64,000 nt of DNA from Candidatus Cytomitobacter primus (GCF_008189405.1 NZ_CP043316.1:558258-622257); one strand, 5' to 3'; shown: positions 40,305-51,556, counted from the first letter of the stretch. A program made the numbers and translations. The notes: generated from the sequence alone by a model not told the origin.

Positions 40305-41786
40305 TTGAATAAAGTATATAATTTATGTAAAATTCTTATAGGAGAAATAGTGAAAGAAATTAAAAATAGTGAAAAAACTTCTACAAATAATATTAATGAC
40401 ATTGGGGCAAAATCCGATATGTGCTGTGATCATAACTCAGTAGAAAAATGTTGTGATAGCAGTTCAATCGAACAATGTTGTGATATTGATTCAATAAATA
40501 ATGAAAATAAAGCATGCTGCTCAAGTGAAGCTACATGTAAACCTTCATACTTATCTACAAATCAATCAAATTCAAGCAATGCCGTATATTTGGATTACAG
40601 CGCTACAACACCATGTGACCCTAAGGTAGTGGATGCGATATGTGAAAGTTATCAATGCTTTGGTAATCCTCATTCAATAACCCATCAATATGGATGGGAT
40701 GCTACGGATCTTGTTGAAACTAGCCGTAAGAAAATTGCAAGCATTATCAAATCTGATTCGAAAGAGCTAATATTTACTTCTGGAGCAACAGAATCTAATA
40801 ATATATCTATTCAAGGCGTTGTGAAAAGCAGGCAAGAGAATGGGGTAAGTGATATGCATATCATAACCACAAATATAGAGCACAAAGCCACTTTAGAAAC
40901 ATGCCATGAACTGGAACAAAATGGGATCAAAGTAACATATCTATCAGTTGAAGCAAATGGATTGCTAGATTTACAAAAATTCCATGATGCTATCCAAAAA
41001 AACACAGTATTAGCATCTATAGGATGGGTAAACTCAGAGCTTGGAACAATTCAACCGATTAAGGCCATTGGTGAAATATGCAAAGAAAAAGGCATATTAC
41101 TACATGTTGATGCTGCACAAGCATTAGGTAGAATCAAAATTGACTTAAGTGATATACATGTAAATTTAATGAGCTTTTCTGCCCATAAATTCTATGGACC
41201 AAAAGGAATAGGCGCACTATATATCAAAAGGAAAACTAAAGTTTCTCCTATTGTGTTTGGTGGAAGACAAGAAAAAGGAATTAGATCTGGGACAGTTCCT
41301 GTACAACTATGTGTTGGAATGGCAAAAGCAGCAGAAATTGTAGAAGAATCACGCGAAGATGAATATGTAAGGATGCAAAGATTACAAAAGAAAACCTTAG
41401 ATCGCATCACATCATCCTTGGAAGATATATATGTCAATGGAGATTTGGATCAAAGAGTTCCACATAATATGAATATTAGCTTTGCATATATCGAAGGGGA
41501 AGCATTGATGATGAAATTGAAAAATTATGCTATGTCATCTGCTTCTGCATGCTCATCAACTACATTACAACCATCTTATGTGTTAGATGCGATTGGAATA
41601 GATGAAAATCTAATTCATACATCACTAAGGATTGTAATGGGAAGGTATACAACTGAAGAAGATATGGATAATTTTACAAATGATATTATAAAAGCTGTGA
41701 ATGACTTAAGAGATATGAGCCCACTTTGGGATATGAAGAAATCAGGCGTTGACCTAAAGAAGGTTAAATGGCATACACACCACTAA
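40305..41786 (+). CDS. iscS: cysteine desulfurase IscS with Cys-rich N-terminal extension
   Basis: 493 aa. The core from AVYLDYSATTPCDPKVV onward is classic IscS/NifS, with the PLP-Lys region SFSAHKFYGPKGIGALY and active-site loop SSASACSS. Preceded by ~95 aa containing four CC dipeptides (MCCDHNSVEKCCDSSSIEQCCD...KACCSS). Confidence 0.8.
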   Translation: MNKVYNLCKILIGEIVKEIKNSEKTSTNNINDIGAKSDMCCDHNSVEKCCDSSSIEQCCDIDSINNENKACCSSEATCKPSYLSTNQSNSSNAVYLDYSATTPCDPKVVDAICESYQCFGNPHSITHQYGWDATDLVETSRKKIASIIKSDSKELIFTSGATESNNISIQGVVKSRQENGVSDMHIITTNIEHKATLETCHELEQNGIKVTYLSVEANGLLDLQKFHDAIQKNTVLASIGWVNSELGTIQPIKAIGEICKEKGILLHVDAAQALGRIKIDLSDIHVNLMSFSAHKFYGPKGIGALYIKRKTKVSPIVFGGRQEKGIRSGTVPVQLCVGMAKAAEIVEESREDEYVRMQRLQKKTLDRITSSLEDIYVNGDLDQRVPHNMNISFAYIEGEALMMKLKNYAMSSASACSSTTLQPSYVLDAIGIDENLIHTSLRIVMGRYTTEEDMDNFTNDIIKAVNDLRDMSPLWDMKKSGVDLKKVKWHTHH

Positions 41787-42009
41787 AAGGGCAATTAGCA
41801 TATACATCGCTAATTTGCACACCATTCCAATTTGTATGCACACTAGATTTACTATGTAAAATTTGTAATAAAATACATAAGAATTTAGAAATTACAAAAA
41901 CAATCAATATGATAAGTTATATGAAAAACGCATATAATACAGTAAATAATATAAATAGAGCAAGCATAGCAAATATGAATATAAAGCATGATGAATATAG
42001 GAGGGAATC

Positions 42010-42405
42010 ATGAATAGATACAACGAAAAAATAAATGAAACATTTAAGAATCCAAAAAATGTTGGATCAATGGATGAAACAGATCCAACAGTTGGGGTTG
42101 GATTTGTTGGATCACCAGGATGTGGAGATGTATTAAAAATTTACATCAAAGTTGATGATGAAGATAGAATTACTGACGTCAAATTCAAAACATTCGGATG
42201 TGGATCTGCAATTGCATCTAGCTCTGTTTTGACTGAAAAAGTAATAGGGCTTAAATTAGAAGAAGCAAAAAAAATCACAAATAAAGATATAGCAGATGAG
42301 TTGTCATTACCACCCATCAAAACACATTGTTCAGTTCTTGCTGAAGAAGCAATTACAGAAGCAATCGCAGACCTGATTTCTAAAAGATCTCAGCAAGCTG
42401 TATAA
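42010..42405 (+). CDS. iscU: Fe-S cluster assembly scaffold IscU
   Basis: 131 aa. GSPGCGDVLKI, FKTFGCGSAIASSS and the conserved C-terminal Cys context. Confidence 0.85.
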   Translation: MNRYNEKINETFKNPKNVGSMDETDPTVGVGFVGSPGCGDVLKIYIKVDDEDRITDVKFKTFGCGSAIASSSVLTEKVIGLKLEEAKKITNKDIADELSLPPIKTHCSVLAEEAITEAIADLISKRSQQAV

Positions 42406-42496
42406 TAGAGCTTCATAAAGATGTACAATGAAGTGATGGGTGTTGTTAATTCACTTACCAACACCATAAATATAAATCAATACAAAGGAGAAAATC

Positions 42497-42892
42497 ATGA
42501 GCTGTTCTAGCAACACTACAAATATTAATAATGTAAAGATAAAACCAGAAGATATCACTCCTCCAATAATCTCAGAGAAAGCTGCTAGCAAAATCAATGA
42601 GAAATTCGAACAATATGCTGAGAAAAAAGGCCAAAAACCAGTTGGCATAAAAATCAATGTTGTACGAGATGGTTGTGCTGGATTAGCATATGGAATGGAA
42701 TATGTATTCGATATAAATGATAATGCATATATTACAACGAATGGTATAAAAGCTTTCATGGATGATCATGCATTAGAAATGCTATCAGATGCTACAATTG
42801 ATTACCATGAAACAGAAAGTGCATCAGGATTTGTATTCAACAATCCAAATGAACAGTGTAAATGCGCATGTGGGAAATCATTTAGTGCTTAA
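42497..42892 (+). CDS. iscA: iron-sulfur cluster insertion protein (IscA/ErpA, HesB family)
   Basis: 131 aa. C-terminal CKCACGKSF motif. Follows iscS-iscU. Confidence 0.75.
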   Translation: MSCSSNTTNINNVKIKPEDITPPIISEKAASKINEKFEQYAEKKGQKPVGIKINVVRDGCAGLAYGMEYVFDINDNAYITTNGIKAFMDDHALEMLSDATIDYHETESASGFVFNNPNEQCKCACGKSFSA

Positions 42893-42920
42893 TCCAAGAA
42901 TAATCAAAGGAATATACAGA

Positions 42921-43478
42921 ATGAAACAGATTCCTGTGATTCAACCTTCCAGACCACCATTAGCAAGAATCAGAAGAATCATATTTGATACTCTCGAACA
43001 TCGACATAAAATGGTTAAGGTCCTAGATTTATGCTGTGGCAGTGGTTCTCTTGGGTTAGAAGCATTATCAAGAGGAGCTTCTGAAGTTGTTTTTATAGAT
43101 AAAGATGCAAGCGTGATACAAAACCTAAACCAAACAATTAAGCGCTGGCATATCCCTACTGACATAGTAAACCCTAAAGCAAGAACTTATGTTTGTGATG
43201 CTACAAGGGTTAAAATCACTGAATGTTTCGATACCATATTTGTAGATCTACCATTTCTACACAAAAAAGAGAATATTATCCTATCGAATATTTTAAGTAA
43301 TAATTTGGCAAATACAGATTCTATCATTGTTGTAAAATCTATAAAAAATCACCACTATAACCATGATGGATTTGAAGTGATTAAGCAAAAAGATGAAGGC
43401 CGATCAAGTGTTATATTTTTTAAACGTAAAATTGAGCTAGATATTGAAAACAAGCAATTTGAAAAGCAATCTATTTAA
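42921..43478 (+). CDS. rsmD: 16S rRNA (guanine966-N2)-methyltransferase RsmD
   Basis: Start placed at the Met preceding KQIPVIQ. The 42789 ORF start overlaps iscA in another frame. RPPLARIRRIIFDTL and SAM motif LDLCCGSGSLGLEALSRGA. Confidence 0.65.
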   Translation: MKQIPVIQPSRPPLARIRRIIFDTLEHRHKMVKVLDLCCGSGSLGLEALSRGASEVVFIDKDASVIQNLNQTIKRWHIPTDIVNPKARTYVCDATRVKITECFDTIFVDLPFLHKKENIILSNILSNNLANTDSIIVVKSIKNHHYNHDGFEVIKQKDEGRSSVIFFKRKIELDIENKQFEKQSI

Positions 43479-43729
43479 CCATAAGAATAGCCTTAATCCT
43501 TAATATATACTTAAATAATTTCTATGGCGTCATAGCTTTTTATTAACATGGCCTTATATAGCTTGATTTGTTTTCAGTAACAAATATTATGATCATATAG
43601 ACTGATATAATCTTGTTGATTACACTTTAGATTAATGTATGCATTCCTTCTTTCATATTTATTGCATATGAAAAATTATTTCCTCACGTGCTTGGATATT
43701 TTTCTGAATATTATGTAAGAAACTTAAAA

Positions 43730-44518
43730 TTAACCTGCCTTTGACTGATTTTTTATTTTACTTTCCTCAATCTTCTTATCATATTTAATGTTTCTATATC
43801 TAGTTAATAATTTTCTGTGCTTAACATTACAATGCTTCCAAATAATTCTTTTAGCTAAATTGTATACTTCTTCTCCAATTTCACCTTTAATAGATCTTAA
43901 ATTTGCAAATGCTATTTCATAATCTTTATGATGAATATAAATCACATTTTCAGATTTTTTTGCTAACTTCACAATATTTTTATAATAAGATTCAGATAGT
44001 ATGTATTCAGGCATCAAATCTTCCTCTAAACTCATGCAATCAGGACGTAATAAACTATTAGTAAGCACAACCTCTTTAATATATTCAATACACAGTGGCT
44101 GGTTAGGACAACATGCTTCTTGTAACATTTGTATACAATCTATCAATGTAAAATCGTGCTCTACTTCTTTATTATTTAGCACTCTGATAAATTTATCTCG
44201 CATGATATTTCCAAAATTGATTATTTCTTTATTTTTCTTCTTAACCTGATCTGCAGAAAGATCCTCTCTCTTTAAGCTTTGATTCTTGGATAGCGCACTT
44301 AATAATGTTGTTTTTCTAGAATTTTGGCTTGAATTGACTAACTTTCTTTCTTCAGATAATAATTGGCAATATTCTTTTAAATTTCTTTTTGTAAATTCAA
44401 CTATAGAGCTTTTGTTTTCAAACAAGTCTATAGCCTCTTGTAAATCTTTCATATCTCCATATACGAAATTAAATATAAATAGATATAATAGTGGTTTCAT
44501 GATGACACATTGCCACAA
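43730..44518 (-). CDS. hypothetical secreted protein
   Basis: 262 aa. Signal-like N-terminus (MKPLLYLFIFNFVYG). Several Cys. No recognisable domain. Confidence 0.4.
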   Translation of the reverse strand: MWQCVIMKPLLYLFIFNFVYGDMKDLQEAIDLFENKSSIVEFTKRNLKEYCQLLSEERKLVNSSQNSRKTTLLSALSKNQSLKREDLSADQVKKKNKEIINFGNIMRDKFIRVLNNKEVEHDFTLIDCIQMLQEACCPNQPLCIEYIKEVVLTNSLLRPDCMSLEEDLMPEYILSESYYKNIVKLAKKSENVIYIHHKDYEIAFANLRSIKGEIGEEVYNLAKRIIWKHCNVKHRKLLTRYRNIKYDKKIEESKIKNQSKAG

Positions 44519-44562
44519 AACAAAACAATATGCAAAGGATTCAAAATGTATTTATTATTTAA

Positions 44563-45972
44563 TTAAGATCCAGTAAGAATGCGTTCAAATAATTCTTTTA
44601 CTGTTGGTATACATTTCTTACCATCTGCTGTTTTATAAAATGGATCTTGCCCAAATTTATATGCACTAGCTCCACTAAACATTAAATTATTATCTGTAGA
44701 TTGACCATGTGAAATATTATGCAAAGTTTTATAAATACAAAAAGATCTAGGATCTGGCTTCAATCCTGTATCGCCATCTTTATTGGACCAGTTACTAAAT
44801 TTACAATTACTCAAGCATCCAACACAATTAATTTGATCTTGTACAATTTGTTTCGCTTTATCTTCAGTAACAAATACAACAGTATGATCAGGAGTATAAA
44901 GCCCTTTTACATAACCTTCTTTATTCCATTTTAATACATTTGCTAAATCATCTTTGTTTAGATAAATATTTCTTCTTCCATATTTGTATGCCTCTGAGAA
45001 ATTATCATCTTGTTCGCGTGAATACGCTACTTGCCTTTCACTAATTCCTTGCAACTCTCTCATAAAACTATTCTGTACAGCAGAAGAATAAAACCCTGTT
45101 GGACTAAACTTATTAATAATAATCTCTTCTTCTTTAAGGTCAAAAAGTTTCATTTTCCACTCATCAGAAATAGGGCTTTCTTGTGTCAAAAGTGGCCTTG
45201 TTCCAAACTGAAACATCAATGGCTGTAATTCGGCATTATCAATCCAGTCTTTTTTCATATCATTCAAATGCCACACACCACCAGCGACAATAATAGGAAT
45301 TGAATGCAATCCCAAATTATTCATAACTTTTCGCAATGCTGTAACTCTATCCAATGAGCTTTCTCTTTTATCTGGATTTTCTCTGTTACTAATCCCTAAA
45401 TGACCACCAGATACCCATGGATCCTCATATACAACAGCGCCAAGAGCATCTTTATATTTAGAATATGCACGCATCCATAGAATTTTAAATACCAATGCTG
45501 ATGAAACAATTGGATAATAGAGCAATCCATATTTTGAAACTATTTCTCCTAATTGATATGGGATTCCAGCTCCACATGTTACTCCATCAAGCAAATGCCC
45601 TGCTTTTTCTAGGATACCATGCATCATTTCTTTTGTTTTAGCCAGCTCCCACAACACATTAATATTCAACATTCCATTACCATTAGAACGTTCTTTTGCT
45701 ATTTTAATTTGTGAAACTGTTGCGTTAATTGAATGCTCAGCTAATTGTTTTGATCTCTCAGCTCGAGTAGGGGCATCGAAATCATCTATCCCTTTGATTT
45801 GAACTAAATTATCTTCTTTTACATCTCCATACACAGCAGATATAGTACCTATACCCCCACATGCAGCCCATGCTCCAGAACTTTCTCCATTTGTAGCAGA
45901 AATTCCTTTTCCACCTTCAACCAAAGGGAATATCTCTTTACCTTTTATTATTAATTTATCTATTATACTCAT
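44563..45972 (-). CDS. nitronate monooxygenase (NMO / 2-nitropropane dioxygenase) family protein
   Basis: 469 aa. Gly-rich FMN-binding-like blocks (VEGGKGIS, IIVAGGVW). Rickettsial genomes carry similar NMO-family genes. Confidence 0.45.
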   Translation of the reverse strand: MSIIDKLIIKGKEIFPLVEGGKGISATNGESSGAWAACGGIGTISAVYGDVKEDNLVQIKGIDDFDAPTRAERSKQLAEHSINATVSQIKIAKERSNGNGMLNINVLWELAKTKEMMHGILEKAGHLLDGVTCGAGIPYQLGEIVSKYGLLYYPIVSSALVFKILWMRAYSKYKDALGAVVYEDPWVSGGHLGISNRENPDKRESSLDRVTALRKVMNNLGLHSIPIIVAGGVWHLNDMKKDWIDNAELQPLMFQFGTRPLLTQESPISDEWKMKLFDLKEEEIIINKFSPTGFYSSAVQNSFMRELQGISERQVAYSREQDDNFSEAYKYGRRNIYLNKDDLANVLKWNKEGYVKGLYTPDHTVVFVTEDKAKQIVQDQINCVGCLSNCKFSNWSNKDGDTGLKPDPRSFCIYKTLHNISHGQSTDNNLMFSGASAYKFGQDPFYKTADGKKCIPTVKELFERILTGS

Positions 45973-46832
45973 AATGCCTCTTTTTTATTCAACATATTTT
46001 TATTTAACATATTAAAATATGGATGCTTACTAGAAAGCCAATATTTTACTCTACCATTTCCTAACGTTTTTTTATAGCTTTCCAAGTTCAATATAAGCTC
46101 TGAAAATTCTTTGTCTTTACTATAACAAGATTGTAAGATATTAATCGCGCTTGCATCAGCTTCCCCACGTATTGCATCAGCCTCTCTTCTTGCATTTGCA
46201 ATCACTGCAGCTGCCTCTAAGTCTGCATTAGATATTATTTCACGATAAGTTTGCTCTGCTTTTCCACGCCATTCTTGGGCTTCTTTCATACGATCACTAC
46301 GCATTCTATTAAATACAGCTTCATTATTCTCTTCAGGCAAGACGGCTTTTTTAATCCTTACTTCCATCATTCCAATTCCTAAAACCTTTACAGCTTTTTC
46401 TACACGATTATGAATTTCATTTACAATATCTTCTCTCTTAGTTGTCAGAATATCTTGCAATGAAACTTTTCCTAAAATATCACGTACATCACCTATAATA
46501 ATTAATTTCAATCGTTTTGCAGCAGCGCTTTGGTTATAAACACTCTTGAAAAACAAAACAGGATCAGCAATATAGTATCTAGCAAAGACATCAACCACTA
46601 AACGCTTCTGATCTCCTAACGTAAGCTCAACTTCTGAAACATCACAGTTCAACACCCTTTTTTCATAATAATGGATACTTTGAACAAATGGGACTCTAAA
46701 ATGCAAACCAGGGTTAGTATGGATTTTTGATAATCTACCAAACTCTGTCACTATAACTTGCTGAGCTTGATCCACAATAAACACACTATTAAAAAACAAA
46801 ATAATGAATATAGGAACAATAAAAATAATCAT
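45969..46832 (-). CDS. hflC: protease modulator HflC (SPFH/band-7)
   Basis: 287 aa. N-terminal TM and SPFH domain. Overlaps the upstream gene by 4 nt. Follows hflK. Confidence 0.7.
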   Translation of the reverse strand: MIIFIVPIFIILFFNSVFIVDQAQQVIVTEFGRLSKIHTNPGLHFRVPFVQSIHYYEKRVLNCDVSEVELTLGDQKRLVVDVFARYYIADPVLFFKSVYNQSAAAKRLKLIIIGDVRDILGKVSLQDILTTKREDIVNEIHNRVEKAVKVLGIGMMEVRIKKAVLPEENNEAVFNRMRSDRMKEAQEWRGKAEQTYREIISNADLEAAAVIANARREADAIRGEADASAINILQSCYSKDKEFSELILNLESYKKTLGNGRVKYWLSSKHPYFNMLNKNMLNKKEAL

Positions 46833-47004
46833 GATCTTACTACCATTCTTAAATCGTTCGCGAATAAAACTTCTTTTACAAACAAAATAATTGCTATCTT
46901 TTTAGGCAAATCAATTAATGCCTTTTCAAATAACATTGCAAATAAAACAGATATCATTTTTGAAACCATTATTACCTTTCTAAACAAGTTTTTAAATAAA
47001 ACAA

Positions 47005-48228
47005 TCATTTTTGCATCTCCTTCATATTTGGCATTTCTTTAACATTATTTATATGGCCATTACGTGTAATATTACCTACAACATTCTCTACAGTATGATC
47101 TTGATTCATGACTATAACATTTGAATCAACTATATTCATAGATTTACTATTACCAAGCACTTCATTTACTGTATCAAAAAACATAAACATTTTAGCAACC
47201 TCTGGATCTTTAGAATATGCCGACAGCTTTGCTTGAAAAGCTTTAAATTCTCCTTTGGCCGAAGCAATTCTTGATATTTTATAAGCTTCAGCTTTATTAA
47301 TAATAGAAGCAGCATCTCCCTTGGCTTTAGGCAGTATAAAATTAGCATAACTTTCTGCTTCATTACGCTTTGTTTCTTTCTCAACCTTTGCTTTTTGCAC
47401 ATCCCTGTATGAATCAATTACAGAGTCAGGTGGATCAATCTTACCCATTTGTACATCAACAATTTCAATCCCTATATTATATGAATTAAGTAACTGAGAT
47501 AGTGAATGCTTAATTTTTGCCCCGATAACAGTTCTGCCAACAGTCAAACATTCTTCCGCATTATGATTTGCAACAATTTGCCTAGCAATACTTTCAGTAG
47601 CAACCTTTAAGATTCCATCAGGATCAGTAGCTTTGAATATGTATTGCTGCAAGTCAGATATTTTCCAGAACACAGTCAAAAACACTCCCAGAATATTCTC
47701 ATCTTTTGTAAGCATTTTCCCATTACAACCAGGCAAAATAGAAGTGTTTACTTTATGGATTGTTGTTACATCTTTTATAATAACCTTATCAACTGGATAA
47801 GGCATTTTCCAATACCACCCTGATTTTTTATACCCATTTACAGATCCAAAGCGTAATGTAATTGCTTCTTCATTCAATTTCACCCAGTAAAATCCTGTAA
47901 AAAATGCCCAACACATAATTCCAACGATTCCCAAAATAGTAACGCTAAATTTACCTGGAATTAATTTGCCTGACGTCATCTTTTTAAAAAACACTTTTAA
48001 ATTTTTCATTTCAAAAACATCTTGGTCATTTAGACTAAAGTCTGATTTCCCATGCGCCTTTTTCCCGGACATAATTCTTTTTATATAATTTCTAATATGA
48101 TTCTGAAATTTGCTATCTGCCATCATTAAAAAAACAAATGATATTAAAGCAAACCCTAATATAAAAAGTATAAATTCAATTTTCAGCAAACTAATCACAA
48201 AAACCATTCCAAATACTACTGGTAACAT
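47005..48228 (-). CDS. hflK: protease modulator HflK (SPFH/band-7)
   Basis: 407 aa. TM segments then an SPFH domain. Paired with hflC. Confidence 0.7.
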   Translation of the reverse strand: MLPVVFGMVFVISLLKIEFILFILGFALISFVFLMMADSKFQNHIRNYIKRIMSGKKAHGKSDFSLNDQDVFEMKNLKVFFKKMTSGKLIPGKFSVTILGIVGIMCWAFFTGFYWVKLNEEAITLRFGSVNGYKKSGWYWKMPYPVDKVIIKDVTTIHKVNTSILPGCNGKMLTKDENILGVFLTVFWKISDLQQYIFKATDPDGILKVATESIARQIVANHNAEECLTVGRTVIGAKIKHSLSQLLNSYNIGIEIVDVQMGKIDPPDSVIDSYRDVQKAKVEKETKRNEAESYANFILPKAKGDAASIINKAEAYKISRIASAKGEFKAFQAKLSAYSKDPEVAKMFMFFDTVNEVLGNSKSMNIVDSNVIVMNQDHTVENVVGNITRNGHINNVKEMPNMKEMQK

Positions 48229-48365
48229 AATAGTAAAATTCTAACCTATAATCCAACAAAATAACATCTCTTTTGCTACCAAATTCACTATTAAAACAAT
48301 CTACTTTTACTATACATTCATATATATACATGATAATGTTTCGTTAACTGGAGATAAAATTAAGT

Positions 48366-49166
48366 ATGCACCCTAAATCAAATCAAAAAACGCATAAAAA
48401 AAACACGTATACTACGTATATCGTAGCTATTATTATTTTTATAAGAATCTTTCTATTCGAGCCATACATTGTTCCTTCTGAGTCTATGTCAAGGACAATG
48501 GAGAATGGAGATGTAGTGATTGCAACTAAATACAATTATGGATTTTCTCGCATGTCTATACCAATAATTGGTGGTTTTATTCCATTTTTCAACAAAAGAA
48601 TTTTTGCAAAAGATCCGAAGAGGGGGGATGTTATTTGCTTTTCTGTTGCCAAAGAACCTGGCAGACTTTACACAAAAAGAATCATTGGAGTTGGAAAAGA
48701 TACCGTCCAAGTTAAAGAGGGAATTATACACATCAATGATGAAGCTGTAAAAATGGAACAAACAGGTGAATATGAATTAAGTCATGACAATGGCCAAAAA
48801 GAGATGATGGATGTATTCCAAATTACCTTACCTTCTGGCAAATCATATGAAATATTAAGAAGAAAAATTGACAATATAAACAGCAGACAAATTGCTGTGG
48901 ATAATACTCCTGTATTTGAAGTGCCTGATGGGCATGTATTTTGCATGGGTGATAATATGCACTTCTCCAAAGATTTTAGATTTTTCGATTTTGTATCATC
49001 AATTTCTTACGATAGAATCATTGGCAAACCAACTTATATAATATTTGGATCCAAGGCGCGCTTACCAATAGAAAATAGCTGGATTAAATGGGCATTAAGA
49101 CTACCTATCAGTATTGCACAAAGCATATTCAATATTAAATGGAGCAGAATTGGAAGATCTATTTAA
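48366..49166 (+). CDS. lepB: signal peptidase I
   Basis: 266 aa. Catalytic Ser box PSESMSRTMENGDVV, Lys box KRIIGVGKDTV, C-terminal GDNMHFSKD. Confidence 0.8.
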   Translation: MHPKSNQKTHKKNTYTTYIVAIIIFIRIFLFEPYIVPSESMSRTMENGDVVIATKYNYGFSRMSIPIIGGFIPFFNKRIFAKDPKRGDVICFSVAKEPGRLYTKRIIGVGKDTVQVKEGIIHINDEAVKMEQTGEYELSHDNGQKEMMDVFQITLPSGKSYEILRRKIDNINSRQIAVDNTPVFEVPDGHVFCMGDNMHFSKDFRFFDFVSSISYDRIIGKPTYIIFGSKARLPIENSWIKWALRLPISIAQSIFNIKWSRIGRSI

Positions 49167-49812
49167 AAGTCTATCGAAAAAAATACAATTATTGGAAAAA
49201 AATATTAATTATAATTTCAAAAATGACCTTTATGCTCAGAATGCTATCATTCACCCTAGTTATAAAAAATCTAAATTTGAACTCCTGGAGTTTATGGGAG
49301 ATAGAGTATTGAATCTGGCAATTTCACAAATAATCTGGGATGAACAATATAAATCTGAACGTGAATATGCTGAAAAACTAGCCACTAAAGTTAACAAATA
49401 CACTTTGCTGGAAATAGCAAAAATATGGAATATAAAAGACTATATCATATACATAGGTGAACATATTGATAGTATTTTAGTAGATGCATGTGAGTCTATT
49501 ATTGGTGCTGTATTTTTAGATGGTGGATGGGATTCAGCATATAAGCTAATAAAAGAAAATTGGCCAAAACAGTCAATGAGTTTCGCAGAATTGGACCCAA
49601 AATCAATATTACAACAATGGATACACCAAACTTCCAAACAACATAAATATACGCTTATCAAACAAGATGGGCCACCGCATAATCCACAATATACAGTTGA
49701 ATTGCAAGTCAATCAGCAAAAAATAATTGGAGTAAGCAGGTCAATCAGATTAGCAGAGAAAAGTGCTGCTTTTGACTTTCTGAAAAAATATACGAACCTA
49801 ATAAAAAAGTAA
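49114..49812 (+). CDS. rnc: ribonuclease III
   Basis: 232 aa. RNase III signature ELLEFMGDRVLNL and a dsRBD at the C-terminus. Start uncertain, since the annotated Met overlaps lepB by ~50 nt. lepB-rnc synteny is conserved. Confidence 0.8.
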   Translation: MHKAYSILNGAELEDLFKSLSKKIQLLEKNINYNFKNDLYAQNAIIHPSYKKSKFELLEFMGDRVLNLAISQIIWDEQYKSEREYAEKLATKVNKYTLLEIAKIWNIKDYIIYIGEHIDSILVDACESIIGAVFLDGGWDSAYKLIKENWPKQSMSFAELDPKSILQQWIHQTSKQHKYTLIKQDGPPHNPQYTVELQVNQQKIIGVSRSIRLAEKSAAFDFLKKYTNLIKK

Positions 49813-49862
49813 GATTAAAAAAATCAAAATCAACCTTTGACGTTTAAGCAAAAAAAGATAAT

Positions 49863-50930
49863 ATGGTATTAATGAACGCAAAAACTGAAAAACAAATCGC
49901 TCTAGAAGCTGCAATCAAGCATATTGAGAAAACTCATGGTCAAGGATCTGTGATGAAACTGGATGAACAAAAGAATCTGGATTTAGAAGTAATTTCTACT
50001 GGATCTTTAGGATTAGACCTTGCTCTTGGAGTAGGGGGATTTCCAATTGGTCGTGTAATAGAAATTTATGGTCCTGAAAGTTCTGGAAAAACAACTTTAG
50101 CCTTACAAGTAATTGCTGAAGCTCAAAAGATTGGAGGGACATGTTTATTTGTTGATACTGAGCATGCAATAGATCCTGAATATGCTAGAAAATTAGGCGT
50201 TGATCTTAGTGGAGATAAGTTTATACTGTCACAACCTGATACTGGAGAGCAGGCATTAGAGATTGTTGATACTTTTGTAAGATCTCAATCTGTCAAAGTT
50301 ATTATTGTAGATAGTGTTGCGGCACTAGTTCCTAAAGCTGAACTTGAAGGAGATATGGGAGATAGTCACATGGGTCTACATGCACGACTAATGAGCCAGG
50401 CATTGAGAAAGTTGACTGGAGTAATCTCTCGATCTGGATGTATGGTTATTTTTATCAACCAAATCAGACAAAAAATTGGAATTGTTTTTGGTAACCCAGA
50501 AACCACAACTGGAGGAAATGCATTAAAATTCTACGCATCTATTAGGCTAGATATCAGAAAAACATCTGCGTTGAAAAAAGGCGATAGCGTATATGGACAT
50601 CAAACAAGAGTGAAAATTGTTAAAAACAAACTAGCTCCTCCTCTACAAACAGCTGAATTCGAAATTTTATTTGGTGAAGGAGTTTCAAGGCTAGGAGAAA
50701 TTGTTGATTTAGGTGTAAAGCATGGATTAATTAATAAAGCTGGTTCATGGTATTCAATTGGAGATAAAAAGATTGGACAAGGACGTGAATCAAGCAAAGA
50801 ATTCTTAGCAGAAAATCCAGAAGAGCGTGAAAAGATAGAAGAAAAATTACATGAGATTGTTAATGGAGTAAATAATAAAAATCCCAACAATTCTGCAGAA
50901 GAGCAAATGCTTGAAGAAAATGCTGGGTAA
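49863..50930 (+). CDS. recA: recombinase RecA
   Basis: 355 aa. [22 protein letters not shown], Walker [10 protein letters not shown]. Highly conserved throughout. Confidence 0.9.
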   Translation: MVLMNAKTEKQIALEAAIKHIEKTHGQGSVMKLDEQKNLDLEVISTGSLGLDLALGVGGFPIGRVIEIYGPESSGKTTLALQVIAEAQKIGGTCLFVDTEHAIDPEYARKLGVDLSGDKFILSQPDTGEQALEIVDTFVRSQSVKVIIVDSVAALVPKAELEGDMGDSHMGLHARLMSQALRKLTGVISRSGCMVIFINQIRQKIGIVFGNPETTTGGNALKFYASIRLDIRKTSALKKGDSVYGHQTRVKIVKNKLAPPLQTAEFEILFGEGVSRLGEIVDLGVKHGLINKAGSWYSIGDKKIGQGRESSKEFLAENPEEREKIEEKLHEIVNGVNNKNPNNSAEEQMLEENAG

Positions 50931-51181
50931 CTTCTGATTGAACAATTTTCTATTGAGAAAACATTCTAATTAATTTAATCGTACAGTCATTATAATTAAA
51001 CAAATTATCCTAACTAGATATTATGCTATAATCAAATCAAACAAATCATCATAACTAAATTAATCATTATAAATTGAATAATAGTATATGTGGATTAAAT
51101 TAGTATATGCAGTATTTATAAACCAATAAATCCACGCTAATTATTAACCACTTATTAAGATATATTGAATACAAATTAGTA

Positions 51182-51556
51182 ATGAAGCCAGCTTTATTTG
51201 AACGTATTCAAGAAAACCCTATCGAAAAATATGAAACAGCTGAAGATCTTTATAATTCTATTTTTCATGAAATTTTATGTGTACTTGATAAGCAATCTAT
51301 ATCATCCTCAAATGTAAAAATCTATTCACTATTTCCAAATATCAATCCACATGATAAAAAGCAACTACAATCACTATCTATACAAATCCAAAATGATATA
51401 CAAGAATACGAACCAAGGCTAATTAACCCAACTGTCAGCATAGGTGAGTTCAATGAAAAACAACATACTATTGCTCTGCAAATAAAGGGCAGCATAAGAT
51501 TTAATGATAAAATGTTTGTTGTCAAATTCAATCCGTACAAGAGAATATTACAATAA
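51182..51556 (+). CDS. tssE: GPW/gp25-like baseplate protein, probable TssE
   Basis: 124 aa. gp25-family pattern: N-terminal LYNSIFHEILCVLD and hallmark EPRL block (IQNDIQEYEPRLINPTVSI). Isolated from the other T6SS genes. Confidence 0.5.
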   Translation: MKPALFERIQENPIEKYETAEDLYNSIFHEILCVLDKQSISSSNVKIYSLFPNINPHDKKQLQSLSIQIQNDIQEYEPRLINPTVSIGEFNEKQHTIALQIKGSIRFNDKMFVVKFNPYKRILQ

